This document shows positions 29,273 to 38,465 of a DNA stretch of 64,000 nucleotides, in pieces (the first letter of the stretch is position 1; every line of letters starts with the position of its first letter). The notes below the pieces were generated by a model. That model was not told where the DNA came from. It saw nothing but the letters and a program-made list of their open reading frames with translations, and did no database searches. A program made the translations under genes and the position numbers. The stretch is from Polyangiaceae bacterium. Its GTDB lineage: Bacteria; Myxococcota_A; Polyangia; Polyangiales; Polyangiaceae. The stretch covers positions 17,260 to 81,259 of the forward strand of contig JAFGIS010000266.1 of the NCBI GenBank assembly GCA_016929495.1. The letters run 5' to 3'.

Positions 29273-29420
29273 GGCCGCGGACCGTTGGTGCGGGGAAGAA
29301 CCCGGATGCGCCGGACGTACTGTCCCTGGAACACCAAGTCGCCACCAGCCGTTGTCCCACGTTCCACCGAACGTGCGGCCTGGTCCGGGCCGCTCACTTG
29401 GACAGTATCGAACAGTTCGT

Positions 29421-29480
29421 GTGTTACGGGTGTTACGTCGTGATACGCTCCGTAAGTACAAGTAATCACTGAGGATCACT
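29421..29480 (+). promoter_or_regulatory. Helically phased direct repeats upstream of the ECF sigma ORF
   Basis: GTGTTACG occurs at 29421 and 29430 and GTGATACG at 29440, giving 9-10 bp spacing. ATCACTG occurs at 29464 and 29474, giving 10 bp spacing. The repeats are in a locally AT-enriched patch ending 25 nt before the ATG at 29506. Confidence 0.3.
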
Positions 29481-29505
29481 GCTCGGCACGCTGCGTGCTT
29501 TCGGC

Positions 29506-30447
29506 ATGGCAGGCGCGGCGCAACGCGCCCGCGCACGTAACCGAAGGCGTTGCATGGCAAACCGAGCATATTTCCGTTCCTCGCCCGTCGAGCTCACCGT
29601 GGCGATGGTGCTTCAGGCCGTGAGCCGAACCGGCTCGCAGCCAGGTTGGCGCGAAGCCCACGCGGCCGGAATCGGGTCCGAGCTCGACTCGACCCGAGCT
29701 TCTGCTTGGCCAGGTCCTGCTCCCGAACGGGATCCCGAGCTGGACGCAGCGGCCCCCTCTGCGCAACCACCCCAGACGGACAGGACGGATGCCGACACGT
29801 CCGTTCAAAGCGGGAACACGGCCGCGCGCGAAGGCTTGAGGGGAGCCAAGGGTGTGCAGCGCGACCTGACCGAACGCGACCTGCTGTTCAGCCTACTCGA
29901 GGGTGACAACGGTGCGTGGCAGGAGTTCGAGCGACGCTACACGCGGCTGATCCGGTCCTGTATCCGCCGCGCGACAGCGCAGTTCCCCGCCATTGGCCCC
30001 GACGACACCCAGGAAATCGAGGCGATGCTCTGGGTTCAGCTGCTCGCCAACGATCGGCGCAAACTCAGGGGATTCCAGCCAGAGAGAGGCTGCGCCTTGA
30101 GCACCTGGATCGGCATGCTCGCGATCCACTGCGCATACGACTACCTGCGCGCTTTGCGCAGGGAACCGGTCCGCGTGGCCCTCGCCGACGCCGAACGGCT
30201 GAGCAGCGCGCTCCCGGACCCGGCGGACCTGTGCGCGGCGCGTGAGCATGCGGCCAGGCTCGAAGCGGCACTCGAGTGCTTCAGCGCACGGGACCGGGAG
30301 TTCGTCAGGCTCTACTTCGGCGAAGGGCTCGAGGCGGAGCAGGTCGCCGGACAGATGGGGATCAGCGTCAAGACCGTGTATTCGAAGAAGCACAAAATAC
30401 GGCTCAGGCTCGAATCGGTGATGGCGCAAGAGCGGCTGGCGGCTTGA
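29506..30447 (+). CDS. ECF-type RNA polymerase sigma factor (sigma-70 family)
   Basis: The region 2 pattern is present (LLFSLLEGDNGAWQEFERRYTRLIRSCIRR...DTQEIEAMLWVQL), as is the region 4 HTH (LYFGEGLEAEQVAGQMGISVKTVYSKKHKIRLRL). The core begins near the in-frame GTG at 29854, which has a GGGGAG Shine-Dalgarno about 9 nt upstream. The 29506 start would add a low-complexity N-terminal extension of about 115 aa. Confidence 0.8.
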   Translation: MAGAAQRARARNRRRCMANRAYFRSSPVELTVAMVLQAVSRTGSQPGWREAHAAGIGSELDSTRASAWPGPAPERDPELDAAAPSAQPPQTDRTDADTSVQSGNTAAREGLRGAKGVQRDLTERDLLFSLLEGDNGAWQEFERRYTRLIRSCIRRATAQFPAIGPDDTQEIEAMLWVQLLANDRRKLRGFQPERGCALSTWIGMLAIHCAYDYLRALRREPVRVALADAERLSSALPDPADLCAAREHAARLEAALECFSARDREFVRLYFGEGLEAEQVAGQMGISVKTVYSKKHKIRLRLESVMAQERLAA

Positions 30448-30570
30448 GACCAGCCGTTCCATCCGGTACTCCTGCGCGATGCGTTGTGATAAACGTCGCT
30501 CGCCGGGTCCCCGCCGATCGTCTCGCCAGAGGTCGGCACACGATCGGATCAGCGCAGGAAGTAGCAGGAC

Positions 30571-32955
30571 GTGAGCCCGCGCCGCACAGCGCAGAACGCA
30601 CTGACCGCTCTGGTCGCTCTTGCGCTCGCAACGCAGGTGTCGTGCCGTTGGGTCCGACCGTCGGGCGCACCCGCAGAGGGCTCAGCGGCCTGTGTCGAAC
30701 GTGTGAGCGTGGACGCACGCCCTGCGCTGGTGCTTCTCGAGCGCCAGGGGGACCCCCAGCCTGCGGTGGCGTTCGCTTTCGCGCACGAATTCGGCTCGCG
30801 AGCCTCGGCCGCGCTGGCCGCACTCTTCGCAGAGCGTCTTTCCAAGCGCGGCTTTCCAGCGGTCGTGATCGACCCGCACGAGCTGGGCGCCAGCGTATCC
30901 ACGCTCGTGGGTGACGAAGAGCAAGCCGCGCGGTTCTTTCGTGAGGCCACTGCTGCGATGCACGGCTCCGTCCGTCCCGGCGACCCTACGCTCGGCAGGG
31001 TCAGAAGCCAGCTGAAAACACGGTGGGCGCGCTCGTGGCTCGGAGCGGCCGAGCAGAAGGTGGCGCAATGCTCCGGCGAATTTGGCGTGCAGCCCAGCTC
31101 GGCCGATCTTCGGCTCCGATCGTGGACGGCGACGCTCGAGCGTTGGCGAAGGCGGGTGGCGTCCACCAGGACGGTGCGTTTCGCGGCGGTGGGCCCACCG
31201 ACCCTGCTCGAACGAGCCGCCGACGCGGTGGGAGAACTGCCGTCATGGCCAGAAGGGTCCAAGCCCGAAGATCCCTGGCCGAGCGGCGACTACGTCGGCG
31301 TCGACCTCAGCCCTGCGGCTGCCAAGAGCCTCGCGATTGCGCTACGCGTGGAGAATGCGGCGCGGGCCCTTGGTGCCGCGCACGATCTGGCGCTACCGAA
31401 TTCCGCGTTGCGCGTCCGAATGGCCGCGTTGGCGCGCGGTTGGAAGCTCACCCGCGTCGCTGCCACGACCCGGCCGCGCGGCGCCTGCCTGCGGCTCGAC
31501 CTTTCCGGTCCTTCGACCGATGACCCGGGTTGGGCTGATGTCGCTCGGCTGACAGCAGTCGGGTTGGCTGAGATGCGCGAAGCGTTGGCTGCCACTCCAG
31601 CTCTGCCATCCCACGCGGACGAGTCGCTGATACGCCCGGCAGACCCGCGCCGCGCCGCCAGCGCCGCAGCGTGGCGTGGGCTCGCTGGCCAGCAGACTCC
31701 AGGTCCCGACCGCCAGGCGGTCGCGTTGACGACGCGGTTCGCGGGAACCGCAGCAGAGGGGCGAGCGCAGCTCCTGGCTGCGCTGGAACGCGAAGCCAAG
31801 GCCCAACGCGGTTCGCAGCTTGATCTCAGAATACGCGCCGAAGCCGGCCAGGCGGAGGTCTGGGCCTTGTTGGCGAGCCCCTGCGCTGCCGCGGCCGCGG
31901 CACCCACGGCCGCCGCGACTCCGGCGCTCTTCGTTACGGCGGCCGCATCGCTCCAGCCCCGACTGGGGCCAGTCATCGTCGAACCCTGGGTGAGTCCGCT
32001 CGGTGTCGGCCTGGTCGCCCACGGGCCAAGGGCCTTCCCGGGAGAACCGCCCGAGGCGCACGCGCGCCGTGTCGCGTCAGCCCTGGGACGTCTGCTGCTT
32101 CGCGCATCCGAACTCGACACCGATGCCCTGTTGAGCGCGCGCTCCGAACTGCTGGACCAGGTCGGTTCGACTCCAAGACCGGGCTGGTGGCTCACCTTGC
32201 GGTCGCTGTCGCATGGACACATTGGCTGGTTGGAGCCGCGGGGTGACTGGGAGTCGCTGCGCGACGCGACGCTCGAGGGCGCCAGAGAGCAGTGGCAGCG
32301 GTTTCTCACAGGCCCGCTGCGCTTGGCTGTTCTCACCAACTTCGACGTGGACCAAGGTCAGCAGTTGCGGACGACGCTCCAGCGCTGGCTTCGTCCCATC
32401 CTGGCGCCCAGCTGGAGGTGCCCTGCCCCGCCTGTCAGAAGCACGCCGAGCGGCGAGCAGCGGCTGCGCGGCCGCATGGCCTCGAACTCGAAGACGCTGG
32501 CCTACATCGCAGCGCGAGTGCCCGCAGGTCAGTTCGAACAGGCACGCTGGACGGCGTGGCTCCTGAATCGTCCCGGGGGGTGGCTCGAGCGCTCACTCGA
32601 GCAGACAGCGCTTGTTGCTTCTGCCAAGGCCCAAGTGGTGGGGCGGCCGGAGTTCGCCGCGCTGGTGGTCGAGGCACGGGCGCTTGACGGTCGGCTCGAC
32701 CAGGCCGTGGCCCAGCTGCGGGCCTTGATGGATCGTTTGGCTTCCGGTGCGGCGACGCAGGCGGACTTCGCAAGCGCGCGCCTTGCTTTCGCCGCAGCTC
32801 GCTCGAGCATGGCTCTGGAGCCGCGCAACCGCTTGGCACAGCTGTGGGCCGGGCCGGAGCCGACGTTGGTGGCAAACCTGCGAGTCTTGCGAGCCTTCCA
32901 CGCAACCCTGCGCCCGGACCGACTTACCGTCGTGATTGTCGATCCGAGCGAATGA
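30571..32955 (+). CDS. Secreted/lipoprotein M16 (pitrilysin)-like protein, probably non-catalytic
   Basis: It has a signal peptide with a Cys (ALALATQVSC). Its two-lobed size (794 aa) and C-lobe patterns resemble M16 inactive domains (ATLEGAREQWQRFLTGPLRLAVLTNFDVDQ; LRAFHATLRPDRLTVVIVD). The position of the HxxEH zinc motif reads AHEFG, so it is degenerate. The family call is tentative. Confidence 0.45.
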   Translation: MSPRRTAQNALTALVALALATQVSCRWVRPSGAPAEGSAACVERVSVDARPALVLLERQGDPQPAVAFAFAHEFGSRASAALAALFAERLSKRGFPAVVIDPHELGASVSTLVGDEEQAARFFREATAAMHGSVRPGDPTLGRVRSQLKTRWARSWLGAAEQKVAQCSGEFGVQPSSADLRLRSWTATLERWRRRVASTRTVRFAAVGPPTLLERAADAVGELPSWPEGSKPEDPWPSGDYVGVDLSPAAAKSLAIALRVENAARALGAAHDLALPNSALRVRMAALARGWKLTRVAATTRPRGACLRLDLSGPSTDDPGWADVARLTAVGLAEMREALAATPALPSHADESLIRPADPRRAASAAAWRGLAGQQTPGPDRQAVALTTRFAGTAAEGRAQLLAALEREAKAQRGSQLDLRIRAEAGQAEVWALLASPCAAAAAAPTAAATPALFVTAAASLQPRLGPVIVEPWVSPLGVGLVAHGPRAFPGEPPEAHARRVASALGRLLLRASELDTDALLSARSELLDQVGSTPRPGWWLTLRSLSHGHIGWLEPRGDWESLRDATLEGAREQWQRFLTGPLRLAVLTNFDVDQGQQLRTTLQRWLRPILAPSWRCPAPPVRSTPSGEQRLRGRMASNSKTLAYIAARVPAGQFEQARWTAWLLNRPGGWLERSLEQTALVASAKAQVVGRPEFAALVVEARALDGRLDQAVAQLRALMDRLASGAATQADFASARLAFAAARSSMALEPRNRLAQLWAGPEPTLVANLRVLRAFHATLRPDRLTVVIVDPSE

Positions 32956-33029
32956 GTTTCGGGGGGCCGCCCCAACACGCCGCGTCATCGACGTTTCCGC
33001 GCGGCTCGGGTCGTGCTACCTCGAGCGCG

Positions 33030-34580
33030 ATGTCAGTCCGTCCGAACGTGGTCATCCTGGACTACGGCTCGCAATACACTCAGCTCATCGCGCGTCGCAT
33101 CCGCGAGTGTCACGTCTATTGCGAGATACACCCGTGCACCCTTCCGCTCGACCGACTGAAGGCACTGCAGCCGCACGCACTGGTGCTGAGCGGAGGCCCG
33201 CAGAGCGTGTACCAAGCCAACGCTCCCCGCAGCGACCCAGGATTGCTCGACCTGGGCCTGCCCGTTCTCGGGATCTGCTATGGCGAGCAGCTCATGGCCC
33301 AGCAGCTGGGCGGGAAGGTCGAGCAGAGTGATCACCGTGAGTATGGCCCTGCGACCTTGACCGTGGCTGAGCCCGTGGGCATCTTCTCCGCTTTTGCCCG
33401 AGGTGACGAACTCGCGGTCTGGATGAGCCATGGCGACCGGCTCACGGCGCTACCTCCGAACTTCCAGCGGATAGGAACCAGCGGCAATGCGCCGATGGCT
33501 GCCATCGCCTGGCCCGAGAAGAAGCTCTACGGCATTCAGTTCCACCCCGAAGTCGCCCACACCCCTCGCGGAATGGTGCTGCTACGTTCCTTCTTGTTCG
33601 AGGTCGGCCGGCTAGAGCCCACGTGGACGCCCGGGTCGTTCGTGGAGCAGGCGGTTGCAGACATCGCCAGCCGGGTAGGACCCGATGAACGGGTGATCTG
33701 CGCGCTGAGTGGTGGCGTCGACTCCACCGTCGCGGCGGCCCTGTGCCATCGCGCACTCGGGGAGCGTCTGCTGTGCATCTTCGTGGACAACGGCGTCCTG
33801 CGCGCCGCCGAGCGCGAAACGGTGGAACACACACTGAGCCGAATCTTCCATCTGAACCTCCGCGTGGTGGACGCCCGGCGACGCTTCCTCGAGGCCTTGC
33901 GCGGAGTGACGGACCCCGAACAAAAGCGAAAGACCATCGGACGGCTGTTCATCGAGGTCTTCGAAGAGCATTCCGCCGACGTGGTCAATGCCCGCTACCT
34001 CGTGCAAGGCACGCTCTACCCGGACGTCATCGAGAGTGTCAGCGTCCGTGGCCCCAGCGCCGTCATCAAGAGCCATCACAACGTCGGTGGGCTGCCGGAG
34101 CGCATGAACTTGCGTCTCATCGAACCGCTGCGCGAATTGTTCAAGGACGAAGTGCGACACGCTGGAGAGGCAATGGGCCTGCCTCACGACGTACTCTGGC
34201 GCCACCCGTTCCCTGGCCCGGGCTTGGCCGTTCGATGCCTTGGCGAGGTCACCGAGGCGCGACTCGAGACGCTCCGACGCGCAGACCGGGTCGTTGACGC
34301 GGAGATCCGGGCCGCGGGACTGTACGAGTCGCTCTGGCAGTCTTTTGCCGTGCTCCTGCCTGTGCGCAGCGTCGGCGTGATGGGTGATGATCGAACCTAC
34401 GAGGAGACATGCGCCGTGCGTGCGGTCGTCTCCACGGATGGGATGACCTGCGACTGGGCCCGGTTGCCGCACGATGTGCTCGGGCGTATCAGCTCGCGCA
34501 TCATCAACGAGGTCAAGGGCATCAACCGCGTCGTCTACGACGTCAGCTCGAAGCCGCCGTCCACCATCGAATGGGAGTAG
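33030..34580 (+). CDS. guaA: Glutamine-hydrolysing GMP synthase
   Basis: It has the class I GATase domain (VVILDYGSQYTQLIARRIRE...GICYGEQLMA...HPE), an ATP-PPase PP-loop (ALSGGVDSTVAA) and a dimerisation domain ending PPSTIEWE. The start is taken at the ATG at 33030. Confidence 0.95.
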   Translation: MSVRPNVVILDYGSQYTQLIARRIRECHVYCEIHPCTLPLDRLKALQPHALVLSGGPQSVYQANAPRSDPGLLDLGLPVLGICYGEQLMAQQLGGKVEQSDHREYGPATLTVAEPVGIFSAFARGDELAVWMSHGDRLTALPPNFQRIGTSGNAPMAAIAWPEKKLYGIQFHPEVAHTPRGMVLLRSFLFEVGRLEPTWTPGSFVEQAVADIASRVGPDERVICALSGGVDSTVAAALCHRALGERLLCIFVDNGVLRAAERETVEHTLSRIFHLNLRVVDARRRFLEALRGVTDPEQKRKTIGRLFIEVFEEHSADVVNARYLVQGTLYPDVIESVSVRGPSAVIKSHHNVGGLPERMNLRLIEPLRELFKDEVRHAGEAMGLPHDVLWRHPFPGPGLAVRCLGEVTEARLETLRRADRVVDAEIRAAGLYESLWQSFAVLLPVRSVGVMGDDRTYEETCAVRAVVSTDGMTCDWARLPHDVLGRISSRIINEVKGINRVVYDVSSKPPSTIEWE

Positions 34581-34586
34581 CTCCGC

Positions 34587-34955
34587 ATGCCCCACCCGCG
34601 CACGACGTTGACCTTTCCACCGCGTCGGTCTCGCTCGACGCTCGTGGCGCTGGCTGGCGCGACCGCTCTCGGGTTCGCGGTGCTCGCTGGCGCTGGCTGC
34701 GCCACCCAGTCGGTTCGCGCGGCAGTGTCGTTCAGCATGGCCGGTGCACAGGGCACTCCGAGCGACGCATCCGTGTACATCGACGAGCAGTACATCGGGC
34801 CGCTGTACTACGTGGCGGCTCGGGGGGTCCGTATGCCGATCGGCGAGCACCGGATCACGGTGACCCGCGAGGGCTACTTCGACTGGGACACGATCGTCGT
34901 CGCCGACCGCGACCCCATCGCGCTCAACGTGGCACTGGTCCCCGTGCCGGACTGA
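34587..34955 (+). CDS. PEGA-domain lipoprotein
   Basis: It has a lipobox (VLAGAGC) and a PEGA-like pattern (ASVYIDEQYIGPL...PIGEHRITVTREGYFDWDTIVV...LNVALVP). Confidence 0.6.
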   Translation: MPHPRTTLTFPPRRSRSTLVALAGATALGFAVLAGAGCATQSVRAAVSFSMAGAQGTPSDASVYIDEQYIGPLYYVAARGVRMPIGEHRITVTREGYFDWDTIVVADRDPIALNVALVPVPD

Positions 34956-35052
34956 AGGTCCCTCCGGTAGGTGGGCCAGTCTGACCGCCGAGGCCCTGCC
35001 TCCGATTTGCCGCTGGGCAGGGGGCCAGCTGTTGCTATAGTCCGCCGCCCTT

Positions 35053-35126
35053 CGGGGTGTACCTCAACCTGGTAGAGGGCCGGCTTTGGGTGCCGGCTGT
35101 TGTGGGTTCAAATCCCACCACCCCGA
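35053..35126 (+). tRNA. tRNA-Pro (anticodon TGG)
   Basis: It was folded by hand. The acceptor is CGGGGTG/CACCCCG, the D stem CCTC/GAGG and the anticodon stem CCGGC/GCCGG. The anticodon loop is TT-TGG-GT and the T arm GTGGG-TTCAAAT-CCCAC, with discriminator A. CCA is not encoded. Confidence 0.9.
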
Positions 35127-35355
35127 CTGGATTCCTATTCCGCCCAAAGGCCGCGGCAGAGGGGTATCGGATTGCAGCCACGAGCGCGGTCGCGTGCGTG
35201 ACGGCAGCGTCTTTCGGCGTGCTGGCTGCGCGGCTGGTTCTTCGCCCCCGGTGCCCGGGTGCTGCACCCCGATCGAACGCAACCCGGGGCGCGGCTCGGA
35301 CGATGTCCATCGCGGCAAGGCCAATGCGCCAAGCTTTCCCTGGAGGTGACGGGTC

Positions 35356-36612
35356 ATGCGAGTGCTGCGTTCAAACTCACGGACAGCAGGATGGCTCTGC
35401 CTGTCGGGTCTGCTGCTGGCATGCGGCTCCGAACAGGTGCGTCCCGATGTCGGCCGCGCGGTTTCGGGCTTGCCCGACCGTGTCCTGATCAGCGAGGTCG
35501 AAGCCGATCCGCCCGGGGCCGATGACTGCTATCAATACGTCGAGCTGCTCGGGCCCGCAGGAGCAGATCTCAGCGGTCTGATACTGGTCGCGCTCGACGC
35601 GGATCTGAGCAGTGCCAGCCCAGGCATCGTAGACTGGACTGCTGACCTACAGACCGCGTGCGACGGCAGGGTCTGCAGTCTGGGGCGCAATGGCCTCTTC
35701 CTGCTCAGAGCGCCTGGCGGGCATTCCTCCGTGGCGCCGGACACCGTCGTGGCAGAGGACCCGGTGCTCCAGGGCGGCGGGCTCGAGAATGGAAGCCTCG
35801 CGTTGCTGCTGGTGCACGCCGGCCTGCCGCCGAAGGTCCAGGAGGACTGGGACAGCAACGACGATTGTGCGCTGGATCTGCCACAGGGCGCAGTTGTGCT
35901 CGATGCGGTGGGCTGGCTAGACGCTGACCCTGGCGACTGTCCCTATCCCGGGACGCTTCTGACTGCGCAGCGCCCATCGGCTGCGTCCCGCTTCGACGGC
36001 GAAACGTGTGCGGCCTGCACTCAGGCCTGGTTGCCCGGGACGCTCGATGGCTCTGCTGACAGTCTCGCGTTCGCAAACGGGTGGACGTTGACGCCCGGTG
36101 GCCCCAACCCGGCGCGTCTGGCAGCGGGCGCTCCGCAAGTGACCGCCGCAGCCGGGAGCTCGAGCCCGGCGTCTGTGGATCCGAGCGCCGCTCTAGCTGC
36201 GAGAGGGGGCGCGGGCCCTGCTGGTGGCGACAGCGGTGCGGCCATGGACGCGGTCGTCTCGGCCGCAGGCTTCGGCCACTGGCGCAGTCCCCCGGTCGTC
36301 GTGGCCTTGGGCGAGGGGCAGGGAGGCATTGCAGGGGCCTTCCCGCAGACCGAATCCGGCGCTGAACTCCCCAAGACTCCGGGAAGCTGCGAGTGCAGGG
36401 CCACTGGGCTGTACGCCCGGCCTACCTCGCGCTGGTGGTGGGTGTGCGTTGCAGTCCTGGCTGCCGTCGCTCGGTGGACCCGGCCGCGGCACGCTGCGGT
36501 TGCACGTCGCATGGATATTGGCTACAGACGCGCCGGATTGGGTCGAGAAGTATGTCGAATCGAGCTATCTGGAATGTCCGCCAGCGTCACGAGTGGCTCA
36601 GAAAGCCACTGA
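35356..36612 (+). CDS. Lipoprotein with lamin-tail-domain-like region and MYXO-CTERM-like C-terminal sorting signal
   Basis: It has a lipobox (LLLACGS). An LTD-like motif follows (RVLISEVEADPPGADDCYQYVELLGPAGADLSGLILV). Near the C-terminus a Cys motif plus hydrophobic helix plus basic patch (GSCECRATG...WWWVCVAVLAAVARWTRPRH) resembles the myxobacterial MYXO-CTERM signal. Confidence 0.55.
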   Translation: MRVLRSNSRTAGWLCLSGLLLACGSEQVRPDVGRAVSGLPDRVLISEVEADPPGADDCYQYVELLGPAGADLSGLILVALDADLSSASPGIVDWTADLQTACDGRVCSLGRNGLFLLRAPGGHSSVAPDTVVAEDPVLQGGGLENGSLALLLVHAGLPPKVQEDWDSNDDCALDLPQGAVVLDAVGWLDADPGDCPYPGTLLTAQRPSAASRFDGETCAACTQAWLPGTLDGSADSLAFANGWTLTPGGPNPARLAAGAPQVTAAAGSSSPASVDPSAALAARGGAGPAGGDSGAAMDAVVSAAGFGHWRSPPVVVALGEGQGGIAGAFPQTESGAELPKTPGSCECRATGLYARPTSRWWWVCVAVLAAVARWTRPRHAAVARRMDIGYRRAGLGREVCRIELSGMSASVTSGSESH

Positions 36613-36698
36613 AAGGCAAGAACCTCAAGCGGCGCAAGCGCTGGCGGATAGGCCTGCAGCAGGCGCTAGACCGCAAGGCTTCGGTGACCAGTCCAGAG

Positions 36699-37568
36699 TC
36701 ACCCCAGTCCTGACGTCCGCCGGGCTCGGTGTCTCTGTTCGAGCCACGCAACGAGCTCGTTGACGACGCCAGAGCGTTCTGGTTCGCTCTCGTTCAGAGT
36801 CTCGTGCCGAAGGCCGGGCCAGACCCGAAGCGTCTTGTCTGCCGATGCAGCTGCGCGAACGAACTGCTCGGTGCCCGACAAGGCGATGACGCTGTCATCC
36901 GTTCCATGAAACGCGTACAGGGGCAGGCTCAAGCGCTCGGCCTGGGCGAGGCACTGACGACAGGCCTGCGTGAACCCCGTGTACCAACGTAGGGAAACCT
37001 TGCTGTAGGTGAGCGGATCCTCTCGGAAGGCCTTCACGACCACTGCGTCTCGAGACAGCTGTTCTGGGGCAATCCCTGTCGGGAGCAACAAGGACGGCCA
37101 TGCGTGCACGAGCACGTCGGCCATGAGGCGCTTCCAGGTCGCGATCGGCACGACGGGAACAAAGCCGGCCGACGAAAGGACCAGCCCCGCCACCGGGACC
37201 GCAGACGCCCGGAGAAGAAGCTGAGCGGCGACCACTCCGCCCATGCTGTGGCCAAGCAAGACGAGGGGTGTGCCCGGGTAGCCGTCCCGGACGGACGTGA
37301 GAACACACGCAAGATCATCCGCGTAGTCGCCGAAGCGCGGTACATCGCCTCGACGTCCGCCCGACAAGCCGTGCCCCTGATGGTCGTGCGCGACCATTCC
37401 GAACCCGCGTCGACCGAACACGGCCGCAAGCTCGGCGTAGCGACCCCCGTGTTCTCCGACGCCATGGACGACCAGGACCAGCGCGCGCGGCGACGGTGGG
37501 ATCCACGAACGCACGTGCAAAGGCACTCCCGTTGCACCTGACGTCGTTGCGGTGGTCGGGGCCATCAT
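36699..37568 (-). CDS. Alpha/beta hydrolase (lysophospholipase / monoacylglycerol lipase-like)
   Basis: It shows an HG oxyanion motif (LVVHGVGEHGGRY), a nucleophile elbow (GHSMGG) and late Asp/His (GTDD...LRHE), which is the typical lysophospholipase family layout. Confidence 0.8.
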   Translation of the reverse strand: MMAPTTATTSGATGVPLHVRSWIPPSPRALVLVVHGVGEHGGRYAELAAVFGRRGFGMVAHDHQGHGLSGGRRGDVPRFGDYADDLACVLTSVRDGYPGTPLVLLGHSMGGVVAAQLLLRASAVPVAGLVLSSAGFVPVVPIATWKRLMADVLVHAWPSLLLPTGIAPEQLSRDAVVVKAFREDPLTYSKVSLRWYTGFTQACRQCLAQAERLSLPLYAFHGTDDSVIALSGTEQFVRAAASADKTLRVWPGLRHETLNESEPERSGVVNELVAWLEQRHRARRTSGLG

Positions 37569-37571
37569 GGC

Positions 37572-38282
37572 TCAGTGCCGCCTCGTGGCCAAGACGGCAG
37601 AAGTCGCCTGCACAGCGAGTGGTGCACTGGCCAGGACAAGGACTATCCGAGGGACTTGGCCGCCGGCCACGAGGTGGAGCAGGAGTATGAGCAGCGCCCC
37701 TGTGAGTGCGGCCACTGCGGCTCGGCCCCGGGACGCCAGTGGCGCGACCACCCAGACGGGAAGAATGGCCGCAAGCGGCGCCAACCCCAGGAGCGCATCC
37801 ACCGGGCCTGGCCCGCCCCCGCGACCTCTGGGGCGCACCGCCTCCAATGCGCGGAAGGAGCCCTCGGGCAAGACGCGCACGCCCGCGAATGGCTCGATGA
37901 ACGTCGCCCCATCTGCTGCCCAGGTCGCCGAAGCGGGGACCGCCGGGAAGAGCGCGCTCGCATCGACCCACGTCGTGCACAGAACCAGGGCGGCGGCGGC
38001 ACCGATCAGCCATCCGGCCACGCTGACACCCCATCCGGCACGCCATGGATTGGCTCCGAGAGCGGCCAGCGCGCGCAGCTCGCCCCGGCTAGAAGCTTGA
38101 CTCAGCGCCACGCATCCACCGAGCGCGGCCAGTCCTGGCGCCAAAGCGGCGACGCGGGCCACCCGCATCCCGGCGGAGCTCCCCGCCTCGTCCGTCAGCA
38201 TCACGACCCCGGCTGCGAGTGCAGTAGCCGCCGCAGTGAACCCGAGTGTCTGGCGGCCTAGCCAACGGTCGAACGCGTGCAT
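37572..38282 (-). CDS. Integral membrane protein of unknown function
   Basis: It has about 6 hydrophobic segments and its stop lies 4 nt upstream of the hydrolase start, suggesting an operon. The motif ELRALAALGANPWR faintly resembles the LptF/LptG (YjgP/YjgQ) permease loop, but this is too weak to call. Confidence 0.5.
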   Translation of the reverse strand: MHAFDRWLGRQTLGFTAAATALAAGVVMLTDEAGSSAGMRVARVAALAPGLAALGGCVALSQASSRGELRALAALGANPWRAGWGVSVAGWLIGAAAALVLCTTWVDASALFPAVPASATWAADGATFIEPFAGVRVLPEGSFRALEAVRPRGRGGGPGPVDALLGLAPLAAILPVWVVAPLASRGRAAVAALTGALLILLLHLVAGGQVPRIVLVLASAPLAVQATSAVLATRRH

Positions 38283-38465
38283 TCGTCTGGTTTTGTCGCA
38301 GACTTGCGCCCGATGCCAGCCCCGTTGAGAGTGGAAAGCCGACTCGGACCGCGGACCGACCTCGTGATGGCCGCGCTGGTCCTGCCGCCTTCGAGCCGCA
38401 AACGGGCGGTTCTCAAGTGAGCCCCTGACGAGTAGCCTCTCCTGCCGGAAGGACCCCTATCGCCC

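Noticed and set aside
29409-29419. CGAACAGTTCG considered as a LexA (Cheo-type) box
   Set aside because: Cheo boxes are GAAC-N4-GTTC, and this site has a 1-nt spacer. It also does not fit the myxobacterial CTRHAMRYBYGTTCAGS box. It is kept only as part of the repeat-rich ECF upstream region.
26965-29569. Minus-strand ORFs 26965-28377, 27338-28105, 28487-29569 and 28507-29469, antisense to the PQQ-propeller gene
   Set aside because: They are low-complexity Arg/Ser/Pro-rich translations. The plus-strand frame shows regular propeller blade repeats.
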